Shown: piece after piece, positions 39,015 to 47,214 of the stretch
Numbering within the stretch: position 1 is the stretch's first letter
Layout of the letters: every line of letters begins with the position of its first letter
Virus record (IMG/VR): IMGVR_UViG_3300042543_000175
Coordinates: 1-56,545 of that record
DNA length: 56,545 nucleotides
Direction: 5' to 3' (one strand)
Source: a virus
Lineage: Duplodnaviria; Caudoviricetes
The notes under the pieces: model-generated
The model's database searches: none
What the model was told of the DNA's origin: nothing
The model's input: only the letters and a program-made list of their open reading frames with translations
Made by a program: the position numbers and the translations under genes

Positions 39015-40007
39015 TTAGACAGCCGATTGGGCCTTTCGTTCACGCTTTCTTTGCAAAATCACCAACATAGATTGCCTGCGGCGTTCGCGCTCTTCTTCAG
39101 AGATAACCCGTTTCTTTTTCGCCTTTTGTGGCGATTTGGGGCGGGATTCTGGCTTTAATTCGTCATTTGTGACGATTTGTTCGACATTGCTGCAAACCGT
39201 CCCACTTTGTGCCTCATTGTTGACGCTTTGTGGCATTGGAAACCCCTCTTGCGCCATCTTGTGGAGTGACCCATCTTTACATCCGTGGATGACCACGGCT
39301 TGGCTGGAGATGGTTCTGTCTGGGCAAGTGACTCCTTGAACGGCTTGGGCTTCGGGGTCTTCGGCGTAGAAGACAATCTTCCCATCTTTCCACTGATAGT
39401 TCACACTTTTCCAGTAGGTTCGGATAAGTGGAGTGTCGCGGCCAATAGCCATAAAATCCCAACGACAACGAACATCCCAAGGCTCTGGAATTGTCCCTGC
39501 GTTCTTGTAAGCCAAGTTATAGGTGGACAAGGACTGTGCGGATGGGCAAAAGTCTAAGAAGTTGTGCGGATACACCGCGCTACCCACAATCATCTTGTAG
39601 ATATTCTTCCCATTGGTTGCCATACCTCCTTCATAGAGATGACCCATGATGCCGATCTTTTTATGGTATTCAGTGTCCAAGTCATCCACCCACCCTTCTT
39701 TCATCGGAACACAATCTGGCTCCCAGAAATAAAATGGTACGCCAGTGGCGTACATGGCAGCAGCCGCATCAGCAAACATTTGGTTCGGGCCAAGCGGCCA
39801 TCCGTCAAACCCGTCTTGGACAAACATCTGATCCACTTCTTGAAAAGACTTTTTCAGTTCTTGGATGATGGCGTTGCAATCTTTAGTGCCTTGTTTGGTA
39901 CAGACATAGGCTTTGTGACGCATATTGAGTCCCATGGCTGTAATAGCCTTAGCTGACTCCATGGCCAATTCGGCGTCCCCATTGTGGTATGTGAAAACAA
40001 TGTTCAT
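39015..40007 (-). CDS. Glycosyltransferase-like protein
   Basis: GWPLGPNQMF, FWEPDCVP (ExD), MVGSAVY, PWD, VIHGCKD. Confidence 0.5.
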   Translation of the reverse strand: MNIVFTYHNGDAELAMESAKAITAMGLNMRHKAYVCTKQGTKDCNAIIQELKKSFQEVDQMFVQDGFDGWPLGPNQMFADAAAAMYATGVPFYFWEPDCVPMKEGWVDDLDTEYHKKIGIMGHLYEGGMATNGKNIYKMIVGSAVYPHNFLDFCPSAQSLSTYNLAYKNAGTIPEPWDVRCRWDFMAIGRDTPLIRTYWKSVNYQWKDGKIVFYAEDPEAQAVQGVTCPDRTISSQAVVIHGCKDGSLHKMAQEGFPMPQSVNNEAQSGTVCSNVEQIVTNDELKPESRPKSPQKAKKKRVISEEERERRRQSMLVILQRKRERKAQSAV

Positions 40008-40195
40008 TGTGCGTCAAAGTTGAGCGGCCAAGTCGGATGGACGGGATCCTCCAGACGCACTCGCACATTTTTGTATCCTTGTCCCATAAGTTTGTGGGCT
40101 TCCATCTCAGCTTCTTCCTTGCTGAGTCCGTGTTTGTGAAGCTCCACAACTTTCTCTCCGTGGCACACAATGTAAGTTTTATTACTTTCGCTCAT
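40004..40195 (-). CDS. Hypothetical protein
   Basis: Overlapping start/stop coupling. Confidence 0.55.
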   Translation of the reverse strand: MSESNKTYIVCHGEKVVELHKHGLSKEEAEMEAHKLMGQGYKNVRVRLEDPVHPTWPLNFDAQ

Positions 40196-40416
40196 TTTTT
40201 CTTTTTTTTCTCTGATTGGTTGATGTATTTGGCAAACTGTTCAGCGCATGTTCTGGCCATCTCGACTTCTGATTCTGGGTCAAAGAAATAACCGCCACGT
40301 TCAGAGTAGAGTATTTCCATCGGCATGGGGGTTCCTCTACGAAATCGTGGGCCAACCACGAATGGGGAGACGGAGTCTTCATTGATAACGGTTAATACTA
40401 CTTTGAATCGGGCCAT
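40192..40416 (-). CDS. Hypothetical protein
   Basis: Coupled ORF. Confidence 0.55.
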   Translation of the reverse strand: MARFKVVLTVINEDSVSPFVVGPRFRRGTPMPMEILYSERGGYFFDPESEVEMARTCAEQFAKYINQSEKKKKK

Positions 40417-40586
40417 GGACTCCAATACTTAATCACGCGCTCAAGGATATGTCCAATCCCGCTCCATCCATGGTGGGGATGGTAGTGGCAGGCCCACCTC
40501 AAAGGAGGGTTTGACTCGTCGTTTTTGATAAGATAGATTCCCTCTGTATCGGGCTTCATCTGGTTGTAATCGTTCCAAGTAATCAT
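40398..40586 (-). CDS. DUF551-like small protein
   Basis: MITW...P...GIYLI...W...VIKYWSPWP. Confidence 0.5.
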   Translation of the reverse strand: MITWNDYNQMKPDTEGIYLIKNDESNPPLRWACHYHPHHGWSGIGHILERVIKYWSPWPDSK

Positions 40587-40593
40587 AGTAGGT

Positions 40594-40965
40594 ATGACAA
40601 GAAAAACTCCACTTCGTTCAAAAACTCCACTGAAGCGCGGCAACTGGTTGCGGGCTGCATCGAAAAAACGCCAAGGTGAATACAATCAGTATGCAAAGGA
40701 GAAAAAGGCGTACCTTGCCCTCCACCCACAGTGTGAACGCTGCAAGAGTAAAAAAGCAACCGATCTCCACCACAAGGCGGGCAGGGTTGGTCAATGGCTG
40801 TGCCGTTACGAATACTTCGCGGCTCTTTGCCGCCAGTGTCACGATTGGCTCCACGCCAACGGCAAGGAGGCCCGCAAAGCTGGATGGATTATCGACGTTC
40901 ATAAGATAGGTCTTGCTGATAATTCTGCATCAGAGGATCCCAGACCCTCCCCTTCGGAGAAGTAA
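40594..40965 (+). CDS. HNH-type nuclease
   Basis: CERC..ATDLHH..GR...ALCRQCHDWLH. Confidence 0.75.
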   Translation: MTRKTPLRSKTPLKRGNWLRAASKKRQGEYNQYAKEKKAYLALHPQCERCKSKKATDLHHKAGRVGQWLCRYEYFAALCRQCHDWLHANGKEARKAGWIIDVHKIGLADNSASEDPRPSPSEK

Positions 40966-41128
40966 GTCTTCGATAGGTATCCACGGCATTCTGCCAACTT
41001 GTTTCAAAAGGCTGGTTCCACTCCTCTTCTGGGGGGAAGTTCCATGGATAAGGTCTTGGATAGGAAACACAACCACTTGCAATAAGTAGTGCTAAAACTA
41101 TCCCTGCTCTTTGAAATCGTAGAACCAT
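40889..41128 (-). CDS. Putative lipoprotein
   Basis: Hydrophobic stretch ending in lipobox IASG-C. Confidence 0.5.
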   Translation of the reverse strand: MVLRFQRAGIVLALLIASGCVSYPRPYPWNFPPEEEWNQPFETSWQNAVDTYRRLTSPKGRVWDPLMQNYQQDLSYERR

Positions 41129-41745
41129 AGTTCCTCCTCGCTTTCGCTGACCCAGCGGCTTCCGACATGCTCGCAACTGAATTCTTGGCTGAAGACTTTC
41201 CAGTCGGGCTTGATGGGAAATTTCTTGGCAATAAACGATCCGCCATCCATCCACAGCACACGATTATTTGGTTGAATGAAATATTGCCCATCGCCCGCAA
41301 ATACATGGCCGCATTTATGCCCAGCGGCCATTTCTCCGTAGCCGCTAGTATATTGAGGGCCGAAACACCAGTCCAAGGTGAACATATACTTAGCCGCCTC
41401 AAAAGATTTGTTCTTGAGCATGATGTTTGCCGCACGATTCTTGCAGTAGTCTAGGATATTGACCGAGCAATAGTAGCTCATAGAGTCCCAGAGTTGTATC
41501 CAGTCTAACGGATAAAACGTCCCTCCAACATCATCAGTGTGGAGATAGTGGATCGGGACTCTGGCGTGTTGGCTTCCGTATTCCGTCATCACGCTAAACA
41601 TCCCGCAACGTTGTGGAATTGACGTATAGGCAAATACCTCGACTAGCTGCCTTTCGCGATTGACGTTGGGTTCCAAATCATAAAAGAATCCCTCGTCTAC
41701 AAAGGCAAAGAATGTCGGTATATTGACGTTGAGATAATTGCTCAT
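41098..41745 (-). CDS. Conserved phage hypothetical protein
   Basis: LQLWD-like IQLWD, YMFTLDW, HKCGH, QPNNR motifs. Confidence 0.7.
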   Translation of the reverse strand: MSNYLNVNIPTFFAFVDEGFFYDLEPNVNRERQLVEVFAYTSIPQRCGMFSVMTEYGSQHARVPIHYLHTDDVGGTFYPLDWIQLWDSMSYYCSVNILDYCKNRAANIMLKNKSFEAAKYMFTLDWCFGPQYTSGYGEMAAGHKCGHVFAGDGQYFIQPNNRVLWMDGGSFIAKKFPIKPDWKVFSQEFSCEHVGSRWVSESEEELWFYDFKEQG

Positions 41746-42023
41746 TTGTCGGCAATCTGTTGAAGGAGTCGCGTCTGACGGCGGAGTTCTTCAAGCTGAT
41801 GGCTTGCCGCAATCTCCGCGCTTAAACGGTCGTTTGATTCTTTTAACTCTGCATTGATCCGCCTCATGGTCTGAAGAAGGGTATCCTTTGGTTGTGGGGA
41901 ATCAACAGATCCGTTGATAACTTGAATACGGCCCGAATCCAAATCAAAGACTGTACCCGAAAAGCTACCGTCTTGTGCCTGAATATTTGTAGCTAGTGTT
42001 AATAACAGTAGTAGTTTTTTCAT
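41742..42023 (-). CDS. Putative secreted protein
   Basis: MKKLLLLLTLA..AQ signal peptide. Confidence 0.6.
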   Translation of the reverse strand: MKKLLLLLTLATNIQAQDGSFSGTVFDLDSGRIQVINGSVDSPQPKDTLLQTMRRINAELKESNDRLSAEIAASHQLEELRRQTRLLQQIADK

Positions 42024-42032
42024 AAAAGAGAT

Positions 42033-42112
42033 TGGAGGCAGGGTGGCGCGGACTTCATTGGCCCCCCGACCTTTGAAGCTTTCGCATTTTCATGCTGGGT
42101 CTCCCCACCTCC
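42033..42112 (-). ncRNA. Candidate 80-nt structured RNA
   Basis: 10-bp closing stem GGAGGUGGGG/CCCUGCCUCC plus A, internal GACC/GGUC stem and GCAU-GAAA-AUGC hairpin. Confidence 0.5.
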
Positions 42113-42117
42113 AAAAG

Positions 42118-42183
42118 TGGTGGAGGAGTCGGCATTGCAGCCGAGTCCGCGCATTAAATGGCGCGTCGAACCTATTCTCCCCC
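42118..42183 (-). ncRNA. Minimal tmRNA-like RNA (tRNA-like domain only, 66 nt)
   Basis: GGGGGAG-AAUAGGUUCGAC-GCGC(CAUUUAAU)GCGC-GGAC-UCGGC(UGCAAU)GCCGA-CUCCUCC-ACCA; G3.U70 wobble, encoded CCA. Confidence 0.75.
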
Positions 42184-42254
42184 TTAAAGTTGTCATGGAG
42201 TAATAGACCACAGCCGCTTCGCGGCGTTCAATATTTTTTCTTTTTTTTCTTTGG

Positions 42255-42752
42255 GGGTATTCGGCGGGCTAAAGCCGTGCGCCCGCCTATATAGCGGCTC
42301 TCTTTCGCTTGAACCCCGAACGCCGCCGTCATTGGATTAATAATTCCTTGAGCTAGATCCGACCGATTGACTACACCTCGCCCCCGCAGGGGCAAAGGCA
42401 TAGTCAAAATTGGATTCTCATTCCTATGAGTGAGTCCTCCGCTTTATTCCACAGATTGCGATCTAGGCTCCGAAGCCGCTAGTAGACCTTCAAACAACCG
42501 CAATCGACCTCCGAGGGTATTATCCCTCGCGCTTACTCTGTTGGCTGACACAATTTTTGTATATTTTATGTGTCAGGCTTGAAAGAAATACTTATATCTT
42601 TTTCTTTCAAAAACCAGAGATTCCCACGCCGCAATGTGTTCAGGCTATGGGACGGATGGCTGATCCGTAAGTGCGGCGGTTTTATCCTTGCATACCTCGT
42701 TACGGGGTTTAGTGGCGTATGTCGCGCCCACTTTGCGCTTGTCCTTCCAGAC
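42255..42752 (-). ncRNA. Candidate ~500-nt highly structured RNA
   Basis: At least 8 inverted repeats in an ORF-poor region downstream of a consensus-like promoter. Confidence 0.5.
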
Positions 42753-42758
42753 ATGCGG

Positions 42759-42787
42759 AGGCTACGACACGTTCAAAATTAAGTCAA
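42759..42787 (-). promoter_or_regulatory. sigma70-type promoter
   Basis: TTGACT-17-TAGCCT. Confidence 0.6.
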
Positions 42788-42789
42788 GA

Positions 42790-42868
42790 AAAGAAAAAGG
42801 GTGCGGCTCCGAAGCGAGGTCTGGAAGACAAGCGCAACATTTTTGGAACCGCACCCAGATGCAAGGAT
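42790..42868 (-). ncRNA. Candidate antisense sRNA with built-in terminator
   Basis: 12-bp stem GGGUGCGGUUCC/GGAGCCGCACCC followed by UUUUUCUUUU; loop complementary to 42733-42752 transcript. Confidence 0.6.
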
Positions 42869-42874
42869 CGACGC

Positions 42875-42903
42875 AGAGTAACGCCAGTGTTGTAGAGTGT
42901 CAA
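42875..42903 (-). promoter_or_regulatory. sigma70-type promoter
   Basis: TTGACA-17-TACTCT. Confidence 0.65.
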
Positions 42904-42923
42904 CAAGAGAGTAATATGTTTCT

Positions 42924-43214
42924 ATGGATAAAGAATCCTATAGATCCTACTTGAGAACGCCTTATTGGAAGGAAGTGAGCCGTCTTGTGAAAAAACGTTT
43001 TGGCTGGAGATGTGGGGTTTGCAACAGTCCCCTAGAACTCCAAGCCCACCACCGCACCTACGAACACCGAGGGGACGAACTCAACCATCTGGATGATCTG
43101 ATCTGCCTCTGCAAGCTCTGCCACAAATTGTTCCATAAAGAACAGAGGAAAGCCCGTAAACCACAGAGGGCGCAGAAACGAAAGTCTCCACGCCCCCGAA
43201 ATATTAATATTTGA
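42924..43214 (+). CDS. HNH endonuclease
   Basis: YLRTPYW...CGVC..LQAHHRTY...DLICLCKLCH. Confidence 0.85.
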   Translation: MDKESYRSYLRTPYWKEVSRLVKKRFGWRCGVCNSPLELQAHHRTYEHRGDELNHLDDLICLCKLCHKLFHKEQRKARKPQRAQKRKSPRPRNINI

Positions 43215-43241
43215 CGGCAAGTAAAGCCCAGCTACTGTGTA

Positions 43242-43571
43242 ATGTCAATACATAATTATATGATCAACACATCTACTCTACCTACTGAAATTCAGGAAAA
43301 CCCCGAAATCACCATTGGCGAACTGGCCGTAAAACACGGATCAAGCTACCATGCTATGGCTTCGGCGTTGAAGCGGACTGGTATTCGGGCCAAGCGCAAG
43401 AAGACTACCAAGAGGCGAATGTCCAATGGGGGGCGGGCTTTCAAAATCCTTGGCTATCTCATGGCCAACCCTGAAATGAACTTCACTGCTGTTGCCGAAC
43501 AATTCAATTGTACCCGCGAGTATGTGAGCCAGATTGAGGCCATTGCCCGTGAGGAGGGGATCATTAAATGA
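43242..43571 (+). CDS. Tandem HTH DNA-binding protein
   Basis: ITIGELAVKHG and NFTAVAEQFNCTREYVSQI. Confidence 0.65.
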   Translation: MSIHNYMINTSTLPTEIQENPEITIGELAVKHGSSYHAMASALKRTGIRAKRKKTTKRRMSNGGRAFKILGYLMANPEMNFTAVAEQFNCTREYVSQIEAIAREEGIIK

Positions 43572-43765
43572 CTGTAGGAACCACACAAATGACGGTAGGA
43601 CGCATTCATTCTACTATGAATCCTACTCCTGTTTCGGGGATCTTGGAGGCTCTACTAGAACAGAAAGAGAGACAATTGGAGAAAGCCCGCCAAGCACTGA
43701 TGATGTGCATCGCCCCCGACCCCGAAGCCGAAAGACTCAAAGAGGAAGTATTGCTTGAGCAATAA
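43568..43765 (+). CDS. Hypothetical protein
   Basis: Short coupled ORF; start uncertain. Confidence 0.45.
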   Translation: MTVGTTQMTVGRIHSTMNPTPVSGILEALLEQKERQLEKARQALMMCIAPDPEAERLKEEVLLEQ

Positions 43766-43789
43766 CCCCATTGTGTGATATACGGAGAA

Positions 43790-44737
43790 ATGGCAAGTTT
43801 CTTAGAGAGGGTATCAAAAAGACTACAGAGCGCACTTGGATTGGATGATCCACTGGAAAGCTTTGTTTCAAAAGGAAGGCCATACACCACAATGACTGAT
43901 GAGGAGTTGGCTGGGCAATCTTTTCCCGCCCTTGACGAACTTCGCGCCAGAGCATACTCGTCCGAAAGATTCCAACTTACCCCAAGACAATTTCTTGAGC
44001 CATACTACGGCAAAAACCTAGATACGGAGATTGCTGCTGCTCGCGGCGTCCAAGGCGCACAAGATGTGGGCGGGGCTTTTTACAGCGTGTATAGGAAGGC
44101 ATTTGAGCAAGATTACTCAAAAATTGACGAACCTGTTAATTTTGAAATACAGCAAAATCCGCGAAGACAATACAGCCCAGATTATACATATTCAAAAAAC
44201 TTGGCCCGATTAAATGATCCCAGCTTTCAATGGGGGGCAAAACAAGATGCGGAAAACCTTGCCAGCCCCGACCCCGAAAAGCAAAAAAGAATTGAAAAAT
44301 TCATGCGGACAAATGCCTACATCCCAGAAGACATAACTTTTGCCGCCCAAAACCCAATGAACAAGTTGGTTCAAGATGCGGAACATGAAATGGGCCATTC
44401 CTTCACCTCATCCACAATGTCTTCCAGTCATCCTAGAACCAAAGGGCGAGGACATATTGCGAAACCCAATGAAATGGCCAACGCTCTTGGAAAGATACAA
44501 AGAGATACTTATTCAATTTTTAATCAAAGGTTTGACAAGAGATCGTTTTCAGCTTTTATGGAAAAAGAAGCCGCGAAAAAGCCCGAAGAAAGATTTAAAG
44601 ATTATTCAAGGGAATCCAAAAGGGGGCTTAGAACGCTGATGGAATTCTACGAAAAGAAAGAAGAGCCATTCCAGTGGGCGGCGGACAACATTGGTAAATT
44701 TGTAAAGACCAATCAAAAAGCCAAACCAGTTGCATGA
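43790..44737 (+). CDS. Zincin-motif (HExxH) protein
   Basis: AEHEMGH followed by KPNE; ATG at 43790. Confidence 0.55.
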   Translation: MASFLERVSKRLQSALGLDDPLESFVSKGRPYTTMTDEELAGQSFPALDELRARAYSSERFQLTPRQFLEPYYGKNLDTEIAAARGVQGAQDVGGAFYSVYRKAFEQDYSKIDEPVNFEIQQNPRRQYSPDYTYSKNLARLNDPSFQWGAKQDAENLASPDPEKQKRIEKFMRTNAYIPEDITFAAQNPMNKLVQDAEHEMGHSFTSSTMSSSHPRTKGRGHIAKPNEMANALGKIQRDTYSIFNQRFDKRSFSAFMEKEAAKKPEERFKDYSRESKRGLRTLMEFYEKKEEPFQWAADNIGKFVKTNQKAKPVA

Positions 44738-45102
44738 AGGAACTACCAGCGGGCTATGTGGAAGTAAGCAAAGGAGTCTATGAAAGAACTGATATTGCGG
44801 CTAAACGTCGATTACAAAATACACGGACTCAACAGCCTGTTCAGCATGAACCACTGGCAAAGATCGAAGATCAAGAAGGAGACTCAAAACGCCTGCTTGT
44901 CCGCATTGAAAGTGTGCGAAAGTTCTTCCTCGACACCGATGGACTCTACGGCGGGAGCAAGTTTTACATCGATTTTTTACGATACTGCGGTGCAATCAGG
45001 CAGGATACTGAAAAAGACATTGAACTCAAAATCACGCAAAGGAAGCCGAAAAAAGGCGAAGCCGAAAAAACGATAATTGAAGTTTGGAAGCGAAGCCAGT
45101 AG
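44734..45102 (+). CDS. RusA-like resolvase-fold protein
   Basis: LDTDGL...IDFL..GAIRQD...ITQ pattern. Confidence 0.55.
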   Translation: MKELPAGYVEVSKGVYERTDIAAKRRLQNTRTQQPVQHEPLAKIEDQEGDSKRLLVRIESVRKFFLDTDGLYGGSKFYIDFLRYCGAIRQDTEKDIELKITQRKPKKGEAEKTIIEVWKRSQ

Positions 45103-45268
45103 TATAGGGCAAATGACACAGTCGCAATTCGATGCTGATCTAAAAGTCGCCTACGATGATACAGGTGTTCTGATGCCATTTCCAGAGCAAGAAGAAGGCT
45201 TTTGCGACAATCCTATCAGAAGGCTGTTTGAACAAGTTGAGGAAGAAGATGTCGAAGAAGAGGAATAA

Positions 45269-45841
45269 ATGGATCAAAACACCATTAACTTTCTTGGTCG
45301 GTCTATCCTCAAATACCGCCGATTCAAGCTGTCTTTTGTTCCGCAAAAGTATCTGATTACGGGCAAGGCCACCTCTGTAGGGTGGGCTGATAATAAGGAG
45401 TTACGCATAGCCACCAAGCGCCCGCTTTCCACATGGCTGGATGTCTTTGTCCATGAGACCTGTCACCTAGACCAGCAAATCCAAAGACCCAAGTGGCACA
45501 AATCCAAAGAAGATGCCCTTGGATTTGTAGACGAATGGCTTGCTGGCAAACGAGTGGACTACGTCGATAAATATATCCGCCTAGTCGTTGAACTGGAATG
45601 GGACTGCGAGATGCGGTCTGTGCGTAAGATTCGGGCCAATAAGCTTCCTGTGGATCTTAAACGCTATGCCCAGATGGCCAATGCCTATATCTTGGGTTAT
45701 CACTGGACATTCAATAATCGCAAGTGGTGCAAGAAAAGTTACGAGACAAGCCGTATATGGAGCCAGATGCCCGAAAAAATCATCCCTTTAAAGACCGCAT
45801 TATTTCCACCTAGTAAATTGACCGATCCGTACTATGATTGA
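45269..45841 (+). CDS. Zincin-like metallopeptidase
   Basis: VHETCH plus downstream LEWDCE. Confidence 0.6.
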   Translation: MDQNTINFLGRSILKYRRFKLSFVPQKYLITGKATSVGWADNKELRIATKRPLSTWLDVFVHETCHLDQQIQRPKWHKSKEDALGFVDEWLAGKRVDYVDKYIRLVVELEWDCEMRSVRKIRANKLPVDLKRYAQMANAYILGYHWTFNNRKWCKKSYETSRIWSQMPEKIIPLKTALFPPSKLTDPYYD

Positions 45842-46109
45842 TCTGATGGATGGACTTAACGGCAGCAACGGAAAAGACGAGGATAGTTATATCCCGTGTC
45901 CTGCATGTTCGCAGCTTGAGGAGATAAAAGAACTAATCTCCGAATATTACACCTTCCAAGAAGAAAATCCATCAATCACAATTGATCTACTTGTATCAGA
46001 AGTAAAGATGTGGAGAGCAAAGGACGCTTACGAGCGCAAGCTTAAAACCACTATGATTGGTGGGATGGTAAAGAAATTGCAGGACAATGGATTCCAAGTG
46101 GATAGCTAG
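45834..46109 (+). CDS. Hypothetical protein
   Basis: Coupled ORF with CPAC. Confidence 0.5.
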   Translation: MIDLMDGLNGSNGKDEDSYIPCPACSQLEEIKELISEYYTFQEENPSITIDLLVSEVKMWRAKDAYERKLKTTMIGGMVKKLQDNGFQVDS

Positions 46110-46524
46110 GTATACCAAGTTGGCAAAAGAGATTGCCACTTGGAGTAAGGACGCCTCATCGCAAGTTGGCGCGGTCATTGTCCGACCAGACCGAACCATA
46201 GCTTCTGTAGGGTTTAATGGATTCCCGCGAGGGGTTGAAGACAACCACCATCGGATTACCAACAGAGAGGTTAAGCTTCTCTACACAATCCATGCTGAGA
46301 TGAATGCCATCTTGTCGGCCAAGGAGCCTCTGGCTGGATACTCTATCTTTGTCTGGCCCTTCCAGCCATGCGCCCATTGCGCGGCATCTATCATTCAATC
46401 TGGGATCAAGGATGTGTATTGCCCGTTTAACGCCCATCTAGAAAGCTACGAACGCTGGGCCGACTCATTTAAGGCGGCTCTCCAGATGTTTGACGAGGCG
46501 GGGGTTAGGGTTATTTTCTCTTGA
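46087..46524 (+). CDS. dCMP deaminase
   Basis: SKD..QVGAVIV, GFNGFPRG, HAEMNAI, PCAHC. Confidence 0.92.
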   Translation: MDSKWIARYTKLAKEIATWSKDASSQVGAVIVRPDRTIASVGFNGFPRGVEDNHHRITNREVKLLYTIHAEMNAILSAKEPLAGYSIFVWPFQPCAHCAASIIQSGIKDVYCPFNAHLESYERWADSFKAALQMFDEAGVRVIFS

Positions 46525-46558
46525 CATCCCCGCAATCCTCGTCTCTATTAACCAAATT

Positions 46559-46774
46559 ATGAGCGAAGGACTAGCTAAAACCTTTGAAAAGGTCAGTGGA
46601 TGGCGTGAGTATTCGGAGTTTGAACACGACCATGAGGGATATATCACCAAAGAAAGAGTGGGAGACGCCGCAGCTTTTTTCCTTTGGAGGGTTGACAAGG
46701 AACCCGTCCACCTCGACCATATGTATATGGATGGAAAAACCTTCATCCGATTTACAGATAACCAACATTTATGA
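46559..46774 (+). CDS. Hypothetical protein
   Basis: ATG at 46559 after a TTGACA element. Confidence 0.5.
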   Translation: MSEGLAKTFEKVSGWREYSEFEHDHEGYITKERVGDAAAFFLWRVDKEPVHLDHMYMDGKTFIRFTDNQHL

Positions 46775-47013
46775 GCGAAGAAGCAAACAAAACCGCCAGC
46801 CCGCTGGCCCCCGAAACCCTCCAAGAGCGCGTAGACAAAGCATATATCGCAAAAGGCTACACACTTCTTAACGGAGGAACTGATAACATCCTGATGATTC
46901 AGGGAGAAAAGAACGAAACCACCGCCGACATCCTGATGACCTTTGACGGCGTCAAGGAAATGGTTGATCAGCTTGAGCCTGACACTCAACCAAAAGAAGA
47001 AAAAAATGACTAG
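46771..47013 (+). CDS. Hypothetical protein
   Basis: Coupled ORF. Confidence 0.55.
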   Translation: MSEEANKTASPLAPETLQERVDKAYIAKGYTLLNGGTDNILMIQGEKNETTADILMTFDGVKEMVDQLEPDTQPKEEKND

Positions 47014-47164
47014 CATTTGGCTGATTGGGGCAGTGGGTATCTGCTACGGGATTGTCTCCATTGAACAGGCAATTCGCGGAAACATAGCCCTATCAGTTAT
47101 CTGGGGAGGATATTGCTTCTCTCAATGGGGATTACTTTGGGTAACACTTTACGGAACCAAATAA
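47006..47164 (+). CDS. Small 2-TM membrane protein
   Basis: MTSIWLIGAVGICYGIVS...GYCFSQWGL. Confidence 0.55.
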   Translation: MTSIWLIGAVGICYGIVSIEQAIRGNIALSVIWGGYCFSQWGLLWVTLYGTK

Positions 47165-47214
47165 TTCTGGCATAATTCCCGCTTCGTTCTTTTACAGAAA
47201 GGAGGTGGGAAGAT

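Noticed and set aside
42033-42112. tRNA-Sec or UGA-suppressor reading (contains CUUCAAA)
   Set aside because: No anticodon stem around UCA, no T-loop consensus, and genes end normally at TGA.
42020-42211. 63-aa minus-strand ORF
   Set aside because: Overlaps two well-formed RNA structures and has no protein-like features; the RNA interpretation is stronger.
42566-42754. 62-aa ORF MSGRTSAK as the protein target of the antisense RNA
   Set aside because: Its ATG is only 4 nt after the -10 box, so probably at or upstream of +1, and it runs through stacked hairpins. Not fully excluded as a leaderless peptide.
42255-43214. OMEGA/HEARO system (HNH plus large RNA)
   Set aside because: The HNH is only 96 aa, divergently oriented, and lacks the PLMP and RuvC motifs of IscB.
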